Of a stretch of 64,000 nt of DNA, positions 1 to 14,260 are shown in pieces. Position 1 is the stretch's first letter. Each line of letters begins with the position of its first letter. The notes beneath the pieces were generated by a model. It searched no databases. It was not told where the DNA came from and saw only the letters and a program-made list of their open reading frames with translations. The stretch is taken from contig OZ024745.1 of NCBI GenBank assembly GCA_964016885.1, positions 25,916,001 through 25,980,000 of the forward strand, read 5' to 3'. This DNA comes from Eledone cirrhosa. Taxonomy: Eukaryota. Position numbers and translations under genes: made by a program.

Positions 1-2335
1 GACTGTGGCTCCTGAGACCAGATTTGCTCAAGCAAAATTTTTCACACTCAGGGCACTTCAGTTCAATGGAGACACCGATCGTTTCGAGCGATACACCAAG
101 GCATTGCTTGCGCACATCCCGTTTGATCTTCTCGTGCTCTATGCGTCCGTCCTCAAAATTATGGACCCCATCATTCACCATTCCACGCCAAGATTCTCTT
201 TTAAGAGCTTCTATCTTCCAGTCAGCCATCATCAAACCAGTTTTTTCAATGAATCCTTTACACAATCCTTGAATCGGAGCCTTGGCTTGTGAGGTGGTCT
301 CTTACTCTCACAAAGCTTGCCATACAAGAGTTGTTTTGGGATTCGATCATCTTTCATTCTGCAGAGGTGTCCGGTCCATCGAAAACGCTGTTGGTTGATG
401 TTACTCTCAATGCTCCGACACTCACTTCTCATACATATGCCATTTAATACCGAGCATTTTTCTGAGACACTGCTGGTGAAACCGTTCCAGTCTATGGATA
501 TGCCGTTTGTAGGCAACCCATGTCTCATACGCATACAGCAAAGCTGACAGTACACATGCAGCATACACTCTCACCGAAGACGGTCGCTGAGCCTTCCAAA
601 TTACTCACTTGTCTTACTAACACGTAGACCAACTTCTGCATCCAGAGAGCAGGTCACACAAATGTGTCAGCAGCCTTCAGCCTTTGACGGGAGGGTTTTG
701 ACGGGAGGGTTTTGACGGGAGGGTTTTGACGGGAGGGTTTTAACCGGAGGATTTTGACCGCATATGGAGGGTTCATTGAAAACTTTATCCGGAGCAGGTT
801 GGTACATGATGACAGTCTTCTTCAGACTGATTGTCAGTACCAAAGCACTACACGCATTGGAAAAATAATTCATAAGATGTTGCATGTCACTCTGGGAGTG
901 TGCAAAGAGATCACAATCATCTGCATATAGAAATTCTCTGATCAAGGCACTCAGTAACTTAGTGTTGGCAGTGAGACACCCGAGGTTAAACAGCTTGCTG
1001 GAAGTGCGATATCCGAGATAGATACTGTGTTGACAATCCCTGGAGGCCATGGAGAACACCATTGCGAAACAAAGTCGGTGCATATCACCTTGCTTGACAC
1101 CATTTTCAACCGAGATTGGCTCAGACAGTTTACCTCCAATATTTACCCATGCCTGCATGTCATCGTGGAAGAGTTTCAGTATGTTCACAAACTTTTCAGG
1201 ACAGTCTCTCCAAAATAACCCACAAAACATTCTGATTAAGGGTGTCAAATGCCTCGGTCAGATCGACAAAAACTTGGTATAAGTCCAAGCGCTGCTCAAT
1301 GCATTTCTCTTGAAGTTGTTTGGCCGAGAAGATCATGTCAACAGTGCCTCTGCCATTTCTAAAGCCACATTGGGACTCAGGAAGTACCTCAACAGCAATG
1401 TGCTGTATCAATCTGTCCAACAAAATCCTGCACAATATCTTCTCAGCCATAGATAGCAGTGAAATACCCCTGTAGTTGCCACAGTCATCTTTGGTACCCT
1501 TTCCTTTGTAAAGTCCCACCATCAATGCATCTTTCCAGTTCTGTGGTACATCTTCTTCATTCCAAACATTTACAAAGAGATCAGTGAGGTGGTTTAATAA
1601 GTTATCACCAGCACACTGGAAGATCTCGGCACTCAGTCCATCATTTCCAGGTGACTTGCCACTGTTTAATTTGGCAATGGCCTTCGCCACCTCATCAGCC
1701 ATTGCCAGCTTTGTAGGACTGGATGGAATCGACCGGATGAACTCATCATCGATTTCTGATAGTTTGTTTAGGAGCTCATCAAAGTGGTCATGCCACCTGA
1801 TCATGATTTCCTTCAGATCTCTGAGCAATTCCTTGCCGTCCGTGGAGCGAAGTGGTGATATTTGTGGACCGGTCGGACCATACACCTCCCTGAGCAGATT
1901 GTATAAGAGCTTTGTATCATGTCTATCAGAGGCTTTCTAGATTTCATCAGCCTTTTTTCTCCACCAGGTATCCTGCATGACTCTCAATCGATGCTGCACA
2001 CATGCCCTGATCTGCTTGAAGGTCCGGTGACTCCTGCCAGAACGTTTCTCACAGAACAATGATGTCAGCACTTTATATTTCACTTCAAGCAAGGTCTGGA
2101 TCACTGCATCATTTTCATCGAACCAGCGTTTATACTTTCTATTGGTAAGACCTAAAACTCCAGCACTAACATCATAGATGGTTTTCTTCAACGATTCCCA
2201 CGTGTTTTCACATTTCATGGACTCAAGAGATTTCGATAGCTCAGCTCTGACTTCATCTGTCTTCAGACGAGCCACGTTTAGTTGTTTTGGAAGTACAACA
2301 TTCTTGCCCCTTACTTTGGGCTTCACAACAAGCAT
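1..2335 (-). mobile_element. Degenerate RTE-clade (BovB-like) LINE, RT and C-terminal region, frameshifted; runs off the window start
   Basis: Minus-strand ORF pieces 1937-2335, 1196-1885 (KSPGNDG, NYRGISLLS, ESQCGFR, FVDLTEAFD), 667-1248 (GVKQG, LYADD), 232-564 (RWTGHLCRM..RIPKQLLYG..RLRFKDCVKDSLK). Bases 1-64 on the minus strand translate to CPECEKFCLSKSGLRSH, a C-terminal zinc finger. Confidence 0.93.
683..760. repeat. 14-bp tandem repeat (TTTTGACGGGAGGG, ~5.5 copies) interrupting the RTE RT
   Basis: Directly visible; breaks the RT frame just downstream of the YADD region. Confidence 0.9.
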
Positions 2336-3111
2336 ACATCATACATACATACATAAATAAATAGATATATGTACACACACAAACTCAATATGTGTGTGTA
2401 TATATATATATATATTTACGTATGTATAAATGGAAATATGGTGTAATCTACACTTTTATATGTATTTACTACATTTATTAGGAATCTTACCGGTTTTTCC
2501 AGCCATGGACACACAAACACAAACACTCACACACAAACACAAACACACGCACACACACATATATACACAAACACACACTCACTCATATACACACACATAT
2601 ACACAGACACACATATCTGTATGTATATATACATATAGACAAATGTGTGTGTATATATCTTTGGATGTGTCTGTTTATCTGCATGTTTCTGTACGCACAT
2701 GTTTTCTTATATATGAGTACACAAGAACGTTTGTATACTTGCTATCTCCCCCCCCCCCCCGCTTTCTATGTTTCCACCCCTCCTACTTATCTCCCTATTC
2801 TCTACGCAATTATGTATATACCACTATATCTACCCTTATGAAATCCCATACATTAAAATATAGGTAGGTGCAGGCCCGAACCTGTATTGCAATGCACCAG
2901 TATATCGATGTTCATATCAGTTTTGAGTTAATTACTCATGATACATGAGTTTTATGAGAACATCTTTGCGCTTTCACGTTGAGATGGGGATTGATATGAC
3001 AGCTGTTTAGGTGTTTTACTTATTTTTGTTTCACCTTACTGGCAGTTCTAATAAATAAGCATGGTCATTAGAAACGGTAGGCTAGTTAGTGCTACTGTAC
3101 TTGATTCTACG

Positions 3112-3433
3112 TGAAGGTACGTAGCTTTGTGGTTTAGGCATTCAGCTAACAATTGTAAGGTCGTGGGTTCGATTCCTGGTGGAGCGCTGTGTTCTTGAGC
3201 AAGACATTTTATTTCACATTGTTCCAGTCCACTCAGCTGACAAAAATGAATTGTACCTGTAATTCGAAGGGCCAGCCATGTCATTTTTTGTTACTCTGAA
3301 TCTCCCTGAGAGACACGTGAAGGGTACGCGTATTCATGGAATGCTCGGGCACTTGCACGTTAATTTCACGAGCTGGCTGTTCCGTTGATCATATCAACTG
3401 GAGCACTCATCCTCATAACTGACGGAGTGCCAC
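3112..3433 (+). mobile_element. tRNA-derived SINE, family A (CORE-like body)
   Basis: TGAAGG start, A-box-like TAGCTTTGTGG, B-box GGTTCGATTCC, then CORE-like TTCTTGAGCAAGACATTTTATTTCAC; homologous to 4310-4490, 54839-54960, 58474-58690. Confidence 0.85.
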
Positions 3434-3485
3434 TACTCAATGACTTGTGAATGAAATTTGGTAGAAGAAATTGTGTGATACGTAT

Positions 3486-3686
3486 AATGGTTTCTGAATC
3501 AAGCGCAAGACCAACAATTTTGGGGAAGGGGAAAATCAATTAAATCGACCCCAGTGCATTACTGGTAACTTTTTTTTATCGAACCCGTAGGGATGAAAGG
3601 CAAGGCTAACCTCGATGGGATTTGAACTCCGAACGTAAAGAGACGTAACTCTATGCTGCACATCATGCTGTCCGATGCTCTACCGC
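3486..3686 (-). mobile_element. tRNA-derived SINE, family B (GCCTTTCATCC..GGGTCGATAAAA..TACCAG body)
   Basis: Minus-strand B-box GAGTTCAAATCCC; more than 10 homologues in the window. Confidence 0.85.
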
Positions 3687-3702
3687 CAGACATACATATA
3701 TA

Positions 3703-3800
3703 CAGGGTGTCCACAAAAATCTATTCCCACTTCAACAACATTCTAATAAATATTGCCTGCACAGGTAATCAAATTGCATGTACGTTTTTGGGACACACTG
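3703..3800. mobile_element. Tc1/mariner-type MITE (~98 bp)
   Basis: Imperfect TIRs CAGGGTGTCCACAAAAA / TTTTTGGGACACACTG, with TA on the left flank. Confidence 0.65.
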
Positions 3801-3817
3801 TGTATATATATATATAT

Positions 3818-3920
<103 letters not shown>

Positions 3921-4290
3921 TAGTTAAAAAATGAAGATTAACATGGTTGGCTGTACAAAAAGGGCTTTATTTAAAGTACTGACAATTGTTTCGTTGATCA
4001 TGTGAATCTAGAGTTCGCTAATCGCTTGATGTTGCGTAATTCGATCTCCAATATATTATTCACCTATGGTAAACACATCAGAGCATGCATATATCTACAT
4101 GCTCTGATGTGATGACCATAGGTGAATAATGTATTAGAGATCGAATAACGCAACATCAAGCGATTAGCGAACTCTAGACTCACATGATCAACGAAACAAT
4201 TGTCAGTACTTTAAATAAAGACCTTATTGTACAGCCAACCATGTTAATCTTCATTCTTTAACTATTATTACTCCAAGTATAACCTGCATA
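3921..4290 (+). mobile_element. Fold-back (inverted arms ~170 bp, 3921-4264) Penelope-like terminal element beside (TA)n
   Basis: Near-perfect palindrome centred near 4092; carries a hammerhead-like motif in each arm. Confidence 0.75.
4100..4208 (+). ncRNA. Variant type I hammerhead-like motif (CTGATGT core, long stem II loop, GAAA-CAATTG-TC)
   Basis: TGCT/AGTA stem I, CTGATG at 4104, GATGACCAT/ATGATCAAC stem II, GAAA at 4193, palindromic CAATTG, GTC at 4202-4204; core A9 is replaced by T. Confidence 0.5.
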
Positions 4291-4309
4291 GGAATTACAC
4301 GTACAAAGG

Positions 4310-4490
4310 CAATGGCCGATACAGCTTGGCACCAGTGACCTCCCAACTCATTTCTACAGCTGAGTAAACTGGAGCAACGTGAAATAGAGTGTCTTGCTCA
4401 AGCACACAATGCATCACCCGCTTCGAGAATCAAACTCACAACCCTCCAGTTGCAAGCCCATCACTTTGACCACTAAGCCAGGCGCCTTCA
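4310..4490 (-). mobile_element. SINE family A, with its 5' head abutting the satellite
   Basis: Minus strand reads TGAAGGCGCCTGGCTTAGTGGTC...GAGTTTGATTCTC...TTGAGCAAGACACTCTATTTCACGTTGCTCCAG. Confidence 0.85.
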
Positions 4491-4497
4491 AACAAAA

Positions 4498-7400
4498 CTA
4501 TGTACCTTCACACTAAGCCATACACCTTCACACTAAGCCATACACCTTCACACTAAGCCATACACCTTCACACTAAGCCATACACCTTCACACTAAGCCA
4601 TACACCTTCACACTAAGCCATGCACCTTCACACTAAGTCATGCACCTTCACACTAAGCCATACACCTTCACACTAAGCCATACACCTTCACACTAAGCCA
4701 TACACCTTCACACTAAGCCATACACCTTCACACTAAGCCATGCACCTTCACACTAAGCCATACACCTTCACACTAAGTCATGCACCTTCACACTAAGCCA
4801 TACACCTTCACACTAAGTCATGCACTTTCACACTAAGCCATACACCTTCACACTAAGGCATACACCTTCACACTAAGCCATACACCTTCACACTAAGTCA
4901 TGCACCTTCACACTAAGCCATACACCTTCACACTAAGGCATACACCTTCACACTAAGCCATACACCTTCACACTAAGCCATACACCTTCACACTAAGTCA
5001 TGCACCTTCACACTAAGCCATACACCTTCACACTAAGGCATACACCTTCACACTAAGTCATGCACCTTCACACTAAGGCATACACCTTCACACTAAGCCA
5101 TACACCTTCACACTAAGCCATACACCTTCACACTAAGCCATACACCTTCACACTAAGTCATGCACCTTCACACTAAGGCATACACCTTCACACTAAGTCA
5201 TGCACCTTCACACTAAGGCATACACCTTCACACTAAGCCATACACCTTCACACTAAGCCATACACCTTCACACTAAGCCATACACCTTCACACTAAGTCA
5301 TGCACCTTCACACTAAGGCATACACCTTCACACTAAGCCATACACCTTCACACTAAGCCATACACCTTCACACTAAGGCATACACCTTCACACTAAGGCA
5401 TACACCTTCACACTAAGGCATACACCTTCACACTAAGGCATACACCTTCACACTAAGGCATACACCTTCACACTAAGGCATACAACTTCACACTAAGCCA
5501 TACACCTTCACACTAAGGCATACACCTTCACACTAAGGCATACACCTTCACACTAAGCCATGCACCTTCACACTAAGCCATACACCTTCACACTAAAGCA
5601 TACACCTTCACACTAAGCCATACACCTTCACACTAAGCCATACACCTTCACACTAAGCCATGCACCTTCACACTAAGCCATACACCTTCACACTAAGCCA
5701 TACACCTTCACACTAAGCCATACACCTTTACACTAAGCCATGCACCTTCACACTAAGCCATACACCTTCACACTAAGGCATACACCTTCACACTAAGCCA
5801 TGCACCATCACACTAAGCCATGCACCTTCACACTAAGCCATACACCTTCACACTAAGCCATACACCTTCACACTAAGCCATGCACCTTCACACTAAGCCC
5901 TGCACCTTCACACTAAGCCATACACCTTCACACTAAGCCTTAGACCTTCACACTAAGCTATGCACCTTTACACTAAGCTATGCACCTTCACACTAAGCCA
6001 TACACCTTCACACTAAGCCATACACCTTCACACTAAGCCATGCACCTTCACACTAAGCCATGCACCTTCACACTAAGCCATACACCTTCACACTAAGCCA
6101 TGAACCTTCACACTAAGCCATGCACCTTCACACTAAGCCATACACCTTCACACTAAGCCATACACCTTCACACTAAGCCATGCACCTTTACACTAAGCTA
6201 TGCACCTTCACACTAAGCCATGAATCTTCACACTAAGCTATGCACCTTCATACTAAGCCATACACCTTCACACTAAGCCATGCAGCTTTACACTAAGCTA
6301 TGCACCTTCACACTAAGCCTTGTATCTTCACACTTAGCTATGCACCTTCACACTAAGCCATACACCTTCACACTAAGCCATGCACCTTCACACTAAGCCA
6401 TACACCTTCACACTAAGCCATACACCTTCACACTAAGCCATACACCTTCACACTAAGCCATGCACCTTCACACTAAGCCATGCACCTTCACACTAAGCCA
6501 TACACCTTCACACTAAGCCATGCACCTTTACACTAAGCTATGCACCTTCACACTAAGCCATACACCTTCACACTAAGCCATGCACCTTCACACTAAGCCA
6601 TACACCTTCACACTAAGCCATACACCTTCACACTAAGCCCTACACCTTCACACTAAGCCATGCACCTTCATACTAAGCCATGCACCTTCACACTAAGCCA
6701 TACACCTTCACACTAAGCCATACACCTTCACACTAAGCCATACACCTTCACACTAAGCCATACACCTTCACACTAAGCCAAGCACCTTCACACTAAGCCA
6801 TGCACCTTCACACTAAGCCATACACCTTCACACTAAGCCATGCACCTTTACACTAAGCTATGCAACTTCACACTAAGCCATACACCTTCACACTAAGCCA
6901 TGCACCTTCACACTAAGCCATAACCTTCACACTAAGCCATACACCTTCACACTAAGCCATACACCTTCACACTAAGCCATGCACCTTCACACTAAGCCAC
7001 ACACCTTCACACCAAGCCATGCACCTTTACACTAAGCTATGCACCTTCACACTAAGCCATACACGTTCACACTAAGCCATGCACCTTCACACTAAGCCAT
7101 ACACCTTCACACTAAGCCATACACCTTCACACTAAGCCATACACCTTCACACTAAGCCATGCACCTTCACACTAAGCCATGCACCTTCACACTAAGCCAT
7201 ACACCTTCACACTAATCCATGCACCTTTACACTAAGCTATGCACCTTCACACTAAGCCATACACCTTCACACTAAGTCATGCACCTTCACACTAAGCCAT
7301 ACACCTTCACACTAAGTCATGCACTTTCACACTAAGCCATACACCTTCACACTAAGGCATACACCTTCACACTAAGCCATACACCTTCACACTAAGTCAT

Positions 7401-10400
7401 GCACCTTCACACTAAGCCATACACCTTCACACTAAGGCATACACCTTCACACTAAGCCATACACCTTCACACTAAGCCATACACCTTCACACTAAGCCAT
7501 ACACCTTCACACTAAGCCATGCACCTTCACACTAAGCCATACACCTTCACACTAAGCCATACACCTTCACACTAAGCCATACACCTTTACACTAAGCCAT
7601 GCACCTTCACACTAAGCCATACACCTTCACACTAAGGCATACACCTTCACACTAAGCCATGCACCATCACACTAAGCCATGCACCTTCACACTAAGCCAT
7701 ACACCTTCACACTAAGCCATACACCTTCACACTAAGCCATGCACCTTCACACTAAGCCCTGCACCTTCACACTAAGCCATACACCTTCACACTAAGCCTT
7801 AGACCTTCACACTAAGCTATGCACCTTTACACTAAGCTATGCACCTTCACACTAAGCCATACACCTTCACACTAAGCCATACACCTTCACACTAAGCCAT
7901 GCACCTTCACACTAAGCCATGCACCTTCACACTAAGCCATACACCTTCACACTAAGCCATGAACCTTCACACTAAGCCATGCACCTTCACACTAAGCCAT
8001 ACACCTTCACACTAAGCCATACACCTTCACACTAAGCCATGCACCTTTACACTAAGCTATGCACCTTCACACTAAGCCATGAATCTTCACACTAAGCTAT
8101 GCACCTTCATACTAAGCCATACACCTTCACACTAAGCCATGCAGCTTTACACTAAGCTATGCACCTTCACACTAAGCCTTGTATCTTCACACTTAGCTAT
8201 GCACCTTCACACTAAGCCATACACCTTCACACTAAGCCATGCACCTTCACACTAAGCCATACACCTTCACACTAAGCCATACACCTTCACACTAAGCCAT
8301 ACACCTTCACACTAAGCCATGCACCTTCACACTAAGCCATGCACCTTCACACTAAGCCATACACCTTCACACTAAGCCATGCACCTTTACACTAAGCTAT
8401 GCACCTTCACACTAAGCCATACACCTTCACACTAAGCCATGCACCTTCACACTAAGCCATACACCTTCACACTAAGCCATACACCTTCACACTAAGCCCT
8501 ACACCTTCACACTAAGCCATGCACCTTCATACTAAGCCATGCACCTTCACACTAAGCCATACACCTTCACACTAAGCCATACACCTTCACACTAAGCCAT
8601 ACACCTTCACACTAAGCCATACACCTTCACACTAAGCCAAGCACCTTCACACTAAGCCATGCACCTTCACACTAAGCCATACACCTTCACACTAAGCCAT
8701 GCACCTTTACACTAAGCTATGCAACTTCACACTAAGCCATACACCTTCACACTAAGCCATGCACCTTCACACTAAGCCATAACCTTCACACTAAGCCATA
8801 CACCTTCACACTAAGCCATACACCTTCACACTAAGCCATGCACCTTCACACTAAGCCACACACCTTCACACCAAGCCATGCACCTTTACACTAAGCTATG
8901 CACCTTCACACTAAGCCATACACGTTCACACTAAGCCATGCACCTTCACACTAAGCCATACACCTTCACACTAAGCCATACACCTTCACACTAAGCCATA
9001 CACCTTCACACTAAGCCATGCACCTTCACACTAAGCCATGCACCTTCACACTAAGCCATACACCTTCACACTAATCCATGCACCTTTACACTAAGCTATG
9101 CACCTTCACACTAAGCCATACACCTTCACACTAAGTCATGCACCTTCACACTAAGCCATACACCTTCACACTAAGTCATGCACTTTCACACTAAGCCATA
9201 CACCTTCACACTAAGGCATACACCTTCACACTAAGCCATACACCTTCACACTAAGTCATGCACCTTCACACTAAGCCATACACCTTCACACTAAGGCATA
9301 CACCTTCACACTAAGCCATACACCTTCACACTAAGCCATACACCTTCACACTAAGTCATGCACCTTCACACTAAGCCATACACCTTCACACTAAGGCATA
9401 CACCTTCACACTAAGTCATGCACCTTCACACTAAGGCATACACCTTCACACTAAGCCATACACCTTCACACTAAGCCATACACCTTCACACTAAGCCATA
9501 CACCTTCACACTAAGTCATGCACCTTCACACTAAGGCATACACCTTCACACTAAGTCATGCACCTTCACACTAAGGCATACACCTTCACACTAAGCCATA
9601 CACATTCACACTAAGCCATACACCTTCACACTAAGCCATACACCTTCACACTAAGTCATGCACCTTCACACTAAGGCATACACCTTCACACTAAGCCATA
9701 CACCTTCACACTAAGCCATACACCTTCACACTAAGGCATACACCTTCACACTAAGGCATACACCTTCACACTAAGGCATACACCTTCACACTAAGGCATA
9801 CACCTTCACACTAAGGCATACACCTTCACACTAAGGCATACAACTTCACACTAAGCCATACACCTTCACACTAAGGCATACACCTTCACACTAAGGCATA
9901 CACCTTCACACTAAGCCATGCACCTTCACACTAAGCCATACACCTTCACACTAAGGCATACACCTTCACACTAAGCCATACACCTTCACACTAAGCCATA
10001 CACCTTCACACTAAGCCATGCACCTTCACACTAAGCCATACACCTTCACACTAAGCCATACACCTTCACACTAAGCCATACACCTTCACACTAAGCCATG
10101 CACCTTCACACTAAGCTATACACCTTCACACTAAGGCATACACCTTCACACTAAGCCATGCACCTTCACACTAAGCCATGCACCTTCACACTAAGCCATA
10201 CACCTTCACACTAAGCCATACACCTTCACACTAAGCCATGCACCTTCACACTAAGCCCTGCACCTTCACACTAAGCCATACACCTTCACACTAAGCCATA
10301 CACCTTCACACTAAGCCATACACCATCACACTAAGCCATACACCTTCACACTAAGCCATACACCATCACACTAAGCCATACACCATCACACTAAGCCATG

Positions 10401-13400
10401 CACCTTCACACTAAGCCATACACCTTCACACTAAGCCATGCACCTTTACACTAAGCCATACACCTTCACACTAAGCCATGCACCTTCACACTAAGCCATA
10501 CACCTTCACACTAAGCCATACACCTTCACACGAAGCCATACACCTTCACACTAAGCCATGAACCTTCACACTAAGCCATACACCTTCACACTAAGCCATG
10601 CACCATCACACTAAGCCATGCACCTTCACACTAAGCCATACACCTTCACACTAAGCCATGCACCTTCACACTAAGCCTTAGACCTTCACACTAAGCTATG
10701 CACCTTTACACTAAGCTATGCACCTTCACACTAAGCCATACACCTTCACACTAAGCCATACACCTTCACACTAAGCCATGCACCTTCACACTAAGCCATG
10801 CACCTTCACACTAAGCCATACACCTTCACACTAAGCCATGAACCTTCACACTAAGCCATGCACCTTCACACTAAGCCATACACCTTCACACTAAGCCATA
10901 CACCTTCACACTAAGCCATGCACCTTTACACTAAGCTATGCACCTTCACACTAAGCCATAAATCTTCACACTAAGCTATGCACCTTCATACTAAGCCATA
11001 CACCTTCACACTAAGCCATGCAGCTTTACACTAAGCTATGCACCTTCACACTAAGCCTTGTATCTTCACACTTAGCTATGCACCTTCACACTAAGCCATA
11101 CACCTTCACACTAAGCCATGCACCTTCACACTAAGCCATACACCTTCACACTAAGCCATACACCTTCACACTAAGCCATACACCTTCACACTAAGCCATG
11201 CACCTTCACACTAAGCCATGCACCTTCACACTAAGCCATACACCTTCACACTAAGCCATGCACCTTTACACTAAGCTATGCACCTTCACACTAAGCCATA
11301 CACCTTCACACTAAGCCATGCACCTTCACACTAAGCCATACACCTTCACACTAAGCCATACACCTTCACACTAAGCCCTACACCTTCACACTAAGCCATG
11401 CACCTTCACACTAAGCCATGCACCTTCACACTAAGCCATACACCTTCACACTAAGCCATACACCTTCACACTAAGCCATACACCTTCACACTAAGCCATA
11501 CACCTTCACACTAAGCCAAGCACCTTCACACTAAGCCATGCACCTTCACACTAAGCCATACACCTTCACACTAAGCCATGCACCTTTACACTAAGCTATG
11601 CAACTTCACACTAAGCCATACACCTTCACACTAAGCCATGCACCTTCACACTAAGCCATAACCTTCACACTAAGCCATACACCTTCACACTAAGCCATAC
11701 ACCTTCACACTAAGCCATGCACCTTCACACTAAGCCACACACCTTCACACCAAGCCATGCACCTTTACACTAAGCTATGCACCTTCACACTAAGCCATAC
11801 ACCTTCACACTAAGCCATGCACCTTCACACTAAGCCATACACCTTCACACTAAGCCATACACCTTCACACTAAGCCATACACCTTCACACTAAGCCATGC
11901 ACCTTCACACTAAGCCATGCACCTTCACACTAAGCCATACACCTTCACACTAATCCATGCACCTTTACACTAAGCTATGCACCTTCACACTAAGCCATAC
12001 ACCTTCACACTAAGCCATGCACCTTCACACTAAGCCATACACCTTCACACTAAGCCATACACCTTCACACTAAGCCATACACCTTCACACTAAGCCATGC
12101 ACCTTCACACTAAGCCATACACCTTCACACCAAGCCATGCACCTTTACACTAAGCTATGCACCTTCACACTAAGCCATACACCTTCACAATAAGCCATGC
12201 ACCTTCACACTAAGCCATACACCTTCACACTAAGCCATACACTTTCACACTAAGCCATACACCTTCACACTAAGGCATACACCTTCACACTAAGCCATAC
12301 ACCTTCACACTAAGCCATACACCTTCACACTAAGCCATGCACCTTCACACTAAGTCATGCACCTTCACACTAAGCCATACACCTTCACACTAAGCCATAC
12401 ACCTTCACACTAAGCCATACACCTTCACACTAAGCCATGCACCTTCACACTAAGCCACACACCTTCACACCAAGCCATGCACCTTTACACTAAGCTATGC
12501 ACCTTCACACTAAGACATACACCTTCACACTAAGCCATGTACCTTCACACTAAGCCATACACCTTCACACTAAGCCATACACCTTCACACTAAGCCATAC
12601 ACCTTCACACTAAGCCATGCACCTTCACACTAAGCCATGCACCTTCACACTAAGCCATACACCTTCACACTAATCCATGCACCTTTACACTAAGCTATGC
12701 ACCTTCACACTAAGCCATACACCTTCACACTAAGCCATGCACCTTCACACTAAGCCATACACCTTCACACTAAGCCATACACCTTCACACTAAGCCATAC
12801 ACCTTCACACTAAGCCATGCACCTTCACACTAAGCCATACACCTTCACACCAAGCCATGCACCTTTACACTAAGCTATGCACCTTCACACTAAGCCATAC
12901 ACCTTCACACTAAGCCATGCACCTTCACACTAAGCCATACACCTTCACACTAAGCCATACACTTTCACACTAAGCCATACACCTTCACACTAAGGCATAC
13001 ACCTTCACACTAAGCCATACACCTTCACACTAAGCCATACACCTTCACACTAAGCCATGCACCTTCACACTAAGTCATGCACCTTCACACTAAGCCATAC
13101 ACCTTCACACTAAGCCATACACCTTCACACTAAGCCATACACCTTCACACTAAGCCATACACCTTCACACTAAGCCATACACCTTCACACTAAGCCATAC
13201 ACCATCACACTAAGGCATACACCTTCACACTAAGGCATACACCTTCACACTAAGCCATACACCTTCACACTAAGCCATACACCTTCACAATAAGTCATGC
13301 ACCTTCACACTAAGCCATACACCTTCACACTAAGGCATACACCTTCACACTAAGCCATACACCTTCACACTAAGCCATACACCTTCACACTAAGTCATAC

Positions 13401-14260
13401 ACCTTCACACTAAGTCATGCACCTTCACACTAAGCCATACACCTTCACACTAAGCCATACACCTTCACACTAAGCCATGCACCTTCACACTAAGCCATAC
13501 ACCTTCACACTAAGCCATACACCTTCACACTAAGCCATACACCTTCACACTAAGCCATACACCTTCACACTAAGCCATGCACCGTCACACTAAGCCATGC
13601 ACCTTCACACTAAGCCATACACCTTCACACTAAGCCATGCACCTTTACACTAAGCTCTGCACCTTCACACTAAGCCATACACCTTCACACTAAGCCATGC
13701 ACCTTCACACTAATCCATACACCTTCACACTAAGCCATACACCTTCACACTAAGCCATACACCTTCACACTAAGCCATGCACCTTTACACTAAGCTTTGC
13801 ACCTTTACACTAAGCCTTGTATCTTCACACTTAGCTATGCACCTTCAGATTAAGCTATGTACTTTAACACTAAGCCATGCACCTTAACACTAAGCTATGC
13901 ACCTTCGCACTAAGCCATGGACCTTCACACTAAGCGATGGACCTTCATACTAAGCCATACACCTTCACACTAAGCCATACACCTTCATACTAAGCCATAC
14001 ACCTTCACACTAAGCTATACACCTTCACACTAAGCTATGCACCTTCACACTAAGCCATGGACCTTCACACTAAGCCATGGACCTTCACACTAAGCTATAC
14101 ACCTTCACACTAAGCCATACACCTTCATACTAAGCCATGCACCTTCACACTAAGCTATACACCTTCACACTAAGCTATACACCTTCACACTAAGCCATGC
14201 ACCTCCATACTAAGCCATGCACCTTCACAGTATGCCCTGTATCTTCACAATAAGCCATGC
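4498..14260. repeat. 20-bp satellite CACTAAGCCATRCACCTTCA, ~490 copies, with higher-order duplications
   Basis: Directly visible; diagnostic variants recur at 1859- and 2879-bp spacing. Confidence 0.99.

Noticed and set aside
3112-3185. tRNA genes (also at 54839 and 58474)
   Set aside because: SINE heads followed by SINE bodies, with no full cloverleaf
4498-14260. CRISPR array or telomeric repeat
   Set aside because: No unique spacers, no cas genes and a eukaryotic context; the unit is not TTAGGG-like
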